64,000 nt of DNA from Eledone cirrhosa. Lineage: Eukaryota. Within the stretch, counting starts at the first letter, position 1. Every line of letters begins with the position of its first letter. Both the position numbers and the translations under genes were made by a program. The DNA lies in the NCBI GenBank assembly GCA_964016885.1, contig OZ024740.1, forward strand, positions 241,366,001 through 241,430,000. The letters are read 5' to 3'. The notes beneath the pieces are model-generated. The model was not told where the DNA came from. It made no database searches and was given only the letters and a program-made list of their open reading frames with translations. This document shows positions 55,953-64,000 of the stretch, one piece after another.

Positions 55953-56143
55953 ATAATTGTTTCTACTTTTGGCACAAGGCCAGCAATTACCCAGTGCATT
56001 ACTGGTACTTTATTTTATCGACCCCGTAAGGATGAAAGGCAAAGTTAACCTCGGCGGGATTTAAACTCAGAATAGCAAGGACAGTAACTCTATGCGTAAA
56101 GCATGGCGTCCGACCCTCTACCGATACTGCCAATCCACCGCCC
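55953..56143 (-). mobile_element. SINE family A
   Basis: Full-length; AATAAAAGAAATAAT on both flanks. Confidence 0.9.
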
Positions 56144-56825
56144 TTTAATAAAAGAAATAATAGTAATAAAATGTATATATACTCCATATATAATCATCCT
56201 TACACATTCCTGTGAGATGTACATAAAAATATACATGTATACACAAATACACATATACACATACACATATATAGCGGCCCACATATGCATACACCCGCAC
56301 CCACACACACACACATATATATATATATATACACATACGCACCCACATACACATACATACTCATACGTAGCTATACGTACATACACACACACACATATAT
56401 ATATATATTTATATATATATATATATACACACACTCTGCCACATACTTACATACATGTACATGCCTACACACACACGCGCTCATAAGCTTATGCATATAC
56501 ATACCCATATATATATATATATCTACATACACACACACATACATATACCTACGCAAGGTCCACACGTAAAAACACCCAAATATAAACACAATAGGATAAT
56601 AAAATAAAATAAAATAAATAAATTTACAATATTTTAGGATAGATTAAAATCTGTATGTAACTTCATAAATAGGTGCATGAGAAAAGGGGTAAATAAAAAA
56701 CGGAGGAGGGGGGCGTAGAGGAGATGGTGCGTGTATCCATGTGATATACTACACACAGGTAGTATGAGGTGCAAACTTGTGTCCGTGTATAGAACAAGTA
56801 ACAGTAACAGAACAATAATAGAACA

Positions 56826-57007
56826 ATAATTGTTTCTACTATTGGCACAATGCCAGCAATTAACCAGTACATTACTGGTATTTTATTTTATCGACCCCGT
56901 AAGGATGAAAGGCAAACTTAACCTCGGCGGGATTTGAACTCAGAATCGAAAGGGCCGTAACTCTATGCGTCAAAGCATGGCGTCCGACCCTCTACTGATA
57001 CTGCCAA
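56826..57007 (-). mobile_element. SINE family A
   Basis: Consensus match. Confidence 0.9.
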
Positions 57008-57029
57008 AATGACAGTAACAATCATTGTT

Positions 57030-58003
57030 CCAAAGTGGAACACGTGGAGAGTCTATAGTCACGATTGACGGGGTACACATTCAAAGAGACGCCCGGCCCG
57101 TTCGCCATGGGGCATGGCACCGTGGCTGGGGTGTGCTGTTCTCTATGTTTGGGGTATCGGACCGGGCGGCCGTGGGCTCCGTGTTAGCCGGTTCCGGCCC
57201 AAGCGATGTATCTTCCAATGTTGTGTGCTCGGTCAGGTGCGCCCCTGGTTTACATATGTTTGCCTCACGAGCCGCACACTGTCATCGGGGCATGGCATCA
57301 AGTCCCCTAATCCCGTTGGGCCGTTCGGGTCTGTGCGTACCCGTTCCCATGCCCCCGGCCTGCGCCACCCGGAGGATTCCATGCTGCAAATATGCATCTT
57401 CTCTGGTGTCTGCAGGTCATGATAATTTCAGACTTCAGGTTGACCGCGTCATCTTTCAGTCTGACTATCTCCATGGCCTCGTGTAGGCATAATCGGCACT
57501 TTCTAGGGGCACCGGGTGCCTGCTCTACAGTTACAAGTTCTGCTGTCAGTTCTTGTGCATCCGATGCCCGGGCCTCGGTCTGTTATGGCCCTCTCAAGGT
57601 TCTCAGGGTGTTGTACCGCCGACACTGTTGTCTCCCCCATGCCACTATTTCCCTCTCCGCGTTGGACCACATCACCCTCCGCGGGCGCTCTGGTCGCCTC
57701 GGGGGCCTGGTTGTCATTTGAGGGCAGGTCCCTGGGTGGTTCTCCGCGCTCCGAAAGACGGTCACTCTGTCGCCGCGGTTGACGGCCAGTGTGCGCCATC
57801 TTCATCGCGTTAGTTTTAGCCATGTAGTCGGCCATATTAGGTACCGTGGAGAAGGAAAACTTCACCGTGTGGCGGTTGAAGATTTTGTGGTACTTGTTCG
57901 TCGGCGGAAAGTACTCATCCAACGCTCGGAAAAAAAGTCCTGGCCCGTTGGTGCGTACATTTTTGGAGTAAGGCGTATTAAACCAAGTAACGGCCTTAGA
58001 TCT
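57030..58003 (-). mobile_element. PLE 3' fragment, internally deleted
   Basis: VTWFNTPYSKNVRTN..YFPP..KIFNRHTVKFSFS..CNCR..CP, then a jump to VNLKSEIIMTCRH. Confidence 0.8.
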
Positions 58004-58049
58004 GTATATATATACTACAAGCAGGACCCACCTCACATATGTATGTAAG

Positions 58050-58118
<69 letters not shown>

Positions 58119-58180
58119 TACAAGCAGGACCCACCTCACATATGTATGTAAGTATATATATAAATATATATATATATATA

Positions 58181-59350
58181 CTACAAGCAGGACCCGGCGT
58201 TGCACGGAGTAGGAAACATGAAATAGCAACACGCATATGCAAAGATTGAGGAATGTAGCTGTGTACTTTTTTAATTCCCTTATTCTCAGGGAACGATTGT
58301 TCATCTACTGGAAACGTAGAATACCATCAGACCGGAATCGTGAAACGTCTGCATGCATGGATACTCTTTAAGCGTACTAAATCTTAGAATATGATTTTTC
58401 TTCCATTTGGAGAAAATCGGTTAGGTACTTTTCGAGTTTTATAGATTCGCACCCAATCATCCGGACAGACATCATCTGAAGGAGCGACGTAGTCAATTGT
58501 GTGAAAACAAAGAAGGGATGTACGTTTAAGTAGGGATATTGAGATGACGAAATCAGCGTGGCAACGCAGCTGCAACATAAGGGGGTCATAGGGCAATTAG
58601 CACAAACGCTGGGCGGCACTGGTTGCACTGCTTTCACACAGCACAAAGGTGCGATAAAAGAGGTCACCGCGGAATTAGCACAACCGCTGTTCGGCGTACT
58701 TGCTTAGGGCGTTCATACTGCAGTGTAGGTGCAACAAAAAGGGTCTTAGTAGAAGTAGCACAGACGTGAGTTTTACAGTGTCAATAGCACGGCAACGTTC
58801 ACAGGGCCCGGATTTGCGCGTGATGAAAGCACGACGCACCAACAGGTCACCGACAAAATATTTAAGGTCCTCCTCATTTCCTCAATCCCCCGAAAATGGT
58901 CCTGCTTAAAAGTAAATATGTGTTGTGTCCTCTGTTAAATAAACCAAATTTTTAACGAAATATTATATGCTACTTACCATGTTTAAGTAGCGTTTATATT
59001 GACAATTAAAATGGCATGTAATGTCCAATGCTAATTCGTAAATTTCCTAGAAACCATAAATCGAATCTGAAATTTTTTGTCCGCAGCAATGCGAGGCGAC
59101 TAACTAATGTGTGCTGCAAATTTCGAGGAAATCGGCTGGATTATCTTTAAGTTACACCTCAAAAAAGCCTAAAAATGCCTAAAAAATGCGGTTTTTCGCT
59201 TAATGCAGAGCAGACAAAGTTAAAATGTTTTTAGCCCATTGCACTTCAAGAAATATAAGTAACGCATGTGTAAAGTTTGAACAAAATTGGCCCGGTACTT
59301 CTCGAGTTTTAGGGATTTACACAGACAGAAATCCTCAATTTTATATATAT
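58181..59350 (-). mobile_element. Non-autonomous Helitron-like element
   Basis: 3' hairpin CCGTGCAACGCCGG plus a GTAG end, similar to 42528; the minus-strand 5' end is TATATATAAAATTGAGG; internal AAATTTC..AAATCGG motifs. Confidence 0.65.
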
Positions 59351-59739
59351 ACTAGCTAGAGAGAGACCTGGTTTAGTATAGTGTTAGATCAAGAAAAGTG
59401 GGGTTGGATCTGAAGTATGTTTGCTAGCTAGGGAGATACCTGGTTGAGCATAGTGTTAGATCAAGAAAAGTGGGGTTAGAGCTGAAGAAGATAAGGCTCA
59501 CAATTAAGAAGATGGCTGGCAATACTCTGCACTCTAGAGCTACTATAAAGAAACAAATGTTAAAAACAATGAAGTTGATGAAAACACTATATGGTGATGA
59601 TGATGATGATTACACAGTAGTACTTCTAGGGACAGAGATAATAAACTCAGATTTATCTCATCAGTTACACTTAAAAACGTCTGTCTTAAGCCTGGTGCTT
59701 ATCCCAATTTCATGGTGTGAAGCAACATAGTACAACACT

Positions 59740-59910
59740 TCCCCCGGGACAGGATGCCAGTCCAACACAGAGTATTCATTTTTAGATGAATATACTGGAG
59801 CAACGTGAAATGAAATGTTTTGCACAAGAACAAAACATGCTACCCAGCCCAGGAATCGAACCCACGACATTGTGATTGTAAGTACAATACCCTTACGACT
59901 AGGCCACACA
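59740..59910 (-). mobile_element. SINE family B
   Basis: Minus strand reads GTGTGGCCTAGTCGTAAGG..GGTTCGATTCC..TTTCACGTTGCTCC, as at 15677. Confidence 0.7.
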
Positions 59911-60812
59911 CTTCCACTTAAAAAAATCCTCAAAAAATCCTGAATAATGTCAATGAGTTGTGAAGGAAATCCTTTACAGAAGAAAGGTCTAGTGGTACAA
60001 AACATAATTCTCTTATTTAAATGGCACTATTTCTTTTGTCCTACTTTTTTTGTATTTTTTAAAATCATTTATTATTATTGAACTAGTTGCTTTAACTTCA
60101 ATTATATTATCAATTAGTTAAAGACTATAAACTACTAAGCAGCCAGTGGGGAGTTAGCTGAGGTCAGTTTATAGGTTTCTAAGATGTGATATATTTGAGC
60201 TACAGGTCCTTAACCAGAGAACATCAAACTGTATAGGAAACTTAAAATTGTTATAGAGCATCTCCAGTGAACCAATGAACTGTGACATTTTCTCTGTGGT
60301 TCCAGCATTGCACATAAAATGCTACAGATCATGGTTCACTGGAAATGTCAAGATGATGCAAGCATCTATTATAAAGATAGGATAGGAATATATCTCACAG
60401 TCAGGTTAGTCAAGGAAACACATCCCCACCTTACAGTGTGTAGAAAGTACATGTGAACTCTCACACACACACATATATATATATATGTATAATGGCAAAG
60501 GTGTGCATGCATTCATATACACAAAACAAGACATACAGAAATACATCAAACAAAATTGAACTAAAAATACCTTCATTATCCACAAAACTACTTATATACT
60601 GAAATACACAAGCATACACACAAAGTTACACACACTCTCTCTCTCTCTCTCTCACATACACACATACATACACACTATATATACACACAGATAGACAAAA
60701 TGGTACACACACTGTCATTTAACATCTATTCTCCATGCTTGCATGGGTTAGATGGATTTTCAAGTTAAGAGACAATCAGGTCACGAGAATGCGTCTTACT
60801 CATACAGATCTG

Positions 60813-60872
<60 letters not shown>

Positions 60873-60948
60873 CGAAGGAAATGTGGTAAGGAACCAGGTT
60901 GACCATAACGCACCAAAGTACTCAATACTTAGAGTAGTAGAGTGGGTA

Positions 60949-61056
60949 ATAGGAACGAGTAGGACCCCGACGGCTGAGCTCAAGCCGTTTCGACGGTTAA
61001 TTCTGAATTAGCCGTCGAAACGGCTTGAGCTCAGCCGTCGGGGTCCTACTCGTTCC

Positions 61057-61059
<3 letters not shown>
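60949..61059. repeat. Near-perfect 111-nt palindrome built from the 3' half of an HHR
   Basis: Arms of ~54 nt with one G-T pair; each contains GAAACGGC..GCCGTC-GGGG. Confidence 0.85.
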
Positions 61060-61088
<29 letters not shown>

Positions 61089-61096
61089 GACACACA

Positions 61097-61195
61097 CAGG
61101 ATGTCCCCAAAAATGTATACACACTTCAACAGCATTCTAATAAATATTGCCTGTACAGGTAATCAATGTGTATATACATATTTTGTGACACCCTG
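61097..61195. mobile_element. Mariner-type MITE relic
   Basis: Imperfect TIRs CAGGATGTCCCCAAAA / TTTTGTGACACCCTG. Confidence 0.6.
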
Positions 61196-61504
61196 TGTGT
61201 GCGTGTGTGTATATATATATATATATGAGTGTGTGTGTGGGGAGGGAACAATCAGCTAAAAGATGAATAGAAATAAAAAATAAAAATAAAACTCATAGTG
61301 GACAGCTATTTTGATGAAAATCACTAGTTTTAAAACTTAATTGTAGCTAGATGTATACTAAACAAGGTGAATGATTACAAAATATGATCATGTAGTAGAC
61401 AACAATCAATAACAACAAATGCAGCAGTAGCGACAACAACAAACAGTAGCAGCAATAGCAACAATATGCAGCACCCTCAAATCTCCTCACTCACTAATCC
61501 AAAT

Positions 61505-61670
61505 TAATTGTTTCTACTTTAGGCACAAGGCCAGCAATTACCCAGTGCATTACTGGTACTTTATTTTATCGACCCCGTAAGGATGAAAGGCAAAGTCAAC
61601 CTCGGCGAGATTTGAACTCAGATCGTAAAGGGACGTAACAGTATCTACCGATACTGCCAATCCACCGCAC
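61505..61670 (-). mobile_element. SINE family A
   Basis: CACTAATCCAAATTAAT on both sides. Confidence 0.9.
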
Positions 61671-61804
61671 TAATCCAAATTAATATAACATAGTTGGGTG
61701 TAAAACCAAATCTATGATAAGTAGCTTAATAATGAAGCAATTAAATATATTTCTCTGGACACAACAACAGAGACCAGAATAATGAAGACACCATATTGGA
61801 GACA

Positions 61805-62460
61805 TTACTGGATAAATTGTTACACTACAGATGTATTAGTTTACTGATTGCTTAATACATTAGTTTTAACTCACAGATGTTTATTACTTCTAGTTTACTA
61901 CAGCTGTTCATTACATCTGGTTTACTACAGATGTTCATTACATCTGGTTTACTACAGATGTTTAATTCTTTACTGGTTTATAACAGGTTTAATTCATTAC
62001 TGATTTATAACAGAGTTTAATTCCTTACTGGTTTATAACAGAGTTTAATTCACAACTTTTCATTACATCTGGCTTCCTACAGAGTTTTAATTCACAACTG
62101 GTTTACTACAGCTGTTCGTTACTTCTGGTTTACTACAGAGGTTTAATTCATTACTGGTTTATTACATCTTGTTTACTAGAGGTTTAATTCTCAACTGTTC
62201 ATTACTTCTAGTTTATTACAGTGGTTTAATTCATAACTGGTTCACTACAACTTTTCATTACATCTGGTTTCTTTCAGATGTTTAATTCACAACTGGTTTA
62301 CTATAGCTGTTTATTACTTCTGGTTTACTACAGAGGTTTAATTCATAAGTGGTTTATTATAGCTGTTCATCACTTCTAGTTCAGTACAGAGGTTTAATTC
62401 ACTACAACTGTTCATTACTTCTGGTTTAGTACAGTAGTTTAATTCACAACTGGTTTACTA
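61805..62460. repeat. Degenerate ~26-30-bp minisatellite (CAGATGTTCATTACATCTGGTTTACTA)
   Basis: About 20 visible tandem units. Confidence 0.85.
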
Positions 62461-62600
62461 TAATGGTAATTTGGTCTGCTGGTCAGTTTAGCCAGTGTCA
62501 TTTATAGTACCTGCCGCCACACCTCTGTTTTTATTACACAACACACAATGTACAGTGTCATACCATGTCAAACTGCTGCATCAGCATTATTTCTCAACAT

Positions 62601-62695
62601 AACTTTGCCTTTCATCTTTACGGGGTCGATAAAATAAAGTACCAGTAATGTACTGGATAATTGCTGGCCTTGTGCCAAAAGTAGAAACAATTATT
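62601..62695 (+). mobile_element. 5'-truncated SINE family A
   Basis: ATTATTTCTCAACATAAC on both sides. Confidence 0.85.
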
Positions 62696-63166
62696 TCTCA
62701 ACATAACACATCTACAACAAATGCTTTTAATCTAATAGGCTTGCAACATGTAGATTTATTTCTGAATGATATTCTTTTTATTTTTGTCTTTGTAATGTTT
62801 ATTGTTGTTGGGCCTGTTTTTGTTTTAGATTTTTTTGGTGGTGGTTGTGGTGGATGTGTTTGTTGTTTATGTGGCTGTGTATGTAGGTTGTGCTTATGTG
62901 TTGGTGTTTTGTTCAATGTAACTGTTGTGTGCATGTGTGTGTGCATGTATTTGTGGGCTTGTTCTATGATTTTTGAACTTGCAGTGATGTAGTATTCGTG
63001 ATGTAATTCTGGCGTTCTTGTACTCTCCACCTCTATATACTCTCCATATCTATTGTACTCTCCATATCTATTGACTCATGTCTTTCTTTTTCTTTCCTTC
63101 TTACCATCTCGTACCTCTCTAGCCTTTTTACTCTTGGTCTATCTTCCTCTCTTTATCAGCTAGTTA

Positions 63167-63230
<64 letters not shown>

Positions 63231-63435
63231 GTCTATCTACCCCCTCCCTCTACAATCTAATTCCTCTCTATCTGTCTAACCCATATCTCTATTTCTCTCT
63301 CCCTCATCATCTATTTAAAACATCCATCGATATGTGCTGTTGTTGTCTCCACTATATTACTTTTTAGTTATTATATTGCAGCTGTAATAGAAGTGAAGCA
63401 CACACACAGAATAAAAAACAAAAAAAAGTGCAGCT

Positions 63436-63584
<149 letters not shown>

Positions 63585-64000
63585 TATGATTATTAATTAC
63601 AATGATGTTAGCCAACTTAGCTTGTACATTAAACCTGTTCTCAGAACAGAGCTTGTGAATGGGGATAGAAATGACATATAGACATATAACCAAGCATTTG
63701 CCAGTTTCTTTTTATATCAACTACTAGCAGGGTCAGGGATAGGGTTGGGGTCTTGTTATGAGGGTGAAGGTAGAGGAGTACATTTAGCAAAGTACATTAG
63801 AGTGCGCTCATGTGTATGTGTGCTGCAATGTGTGTGTATTGGTGCTGTAATATGTATGCGTATGTGTGTTGTGGTGTGCTGCGATGTGTATGTTTTGTGG
63901 TGCCATTGAGAACTAAACAGCTGTGTGAGAAAATTAAACTACCACAATAAGAAGTATAGTTATTAACATTTAATGTGGTGAGCATAAAAAATATTATTAA

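Noticed and set aside
57025-57813. GC-rich plus-strand ORFs
   Set aside because: They are antisense shadows of the minus-strand PLE fragment.
59356-59487. ~70-bp tandem duplication
   Set aside because: An ordinary local duplication with no further structure.
61805-62460. CRISPR-like periodicity
   Set aside because: The units are contiguous and degenerate with no unique spacers; this is a eukaryotic minisatellite.

Overview
Repeat-rich animal genomic DNA, most likely an octopus or other coleoid cephalopod (inferred from the abundant tRNA-derived SINE family and the dense (TA)n/(CA)n/(TC)n microsatellites). The only host gene is the 3' end of a minus-strand, multi-exon, FN3-domain, probably GPI-anchored cell-adhesion gene (contactin-like). 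Four exons at 46991-54532 splice together in consistent phase. The rest is transposon-derived: CR1, R4/Dong, RTE, RTEX and Tx1/L1 LINEs, non-autonomous Helitrons, Tc1/mariner MITEs, a probable solo LTR, about 20 SINEs and many Penelope-like elements (PLEs). One PLE has an open RT + GIY-YIG frame and 1.2-kb inverted arms. The most notable signal is about 18 type I hammerhead ribozyme (HHR) motifs, intact or decayed, from several PLE-linked or ORF-less families. These include three independent copies with a compensatory U3-A8 core, a family with a large stem II insert, and a canonical HHR in a 531-bp retrozyme-like unit. All calls come from manual reading, so boundaries of decayed elements are approximate and ribozyme activity is untested.
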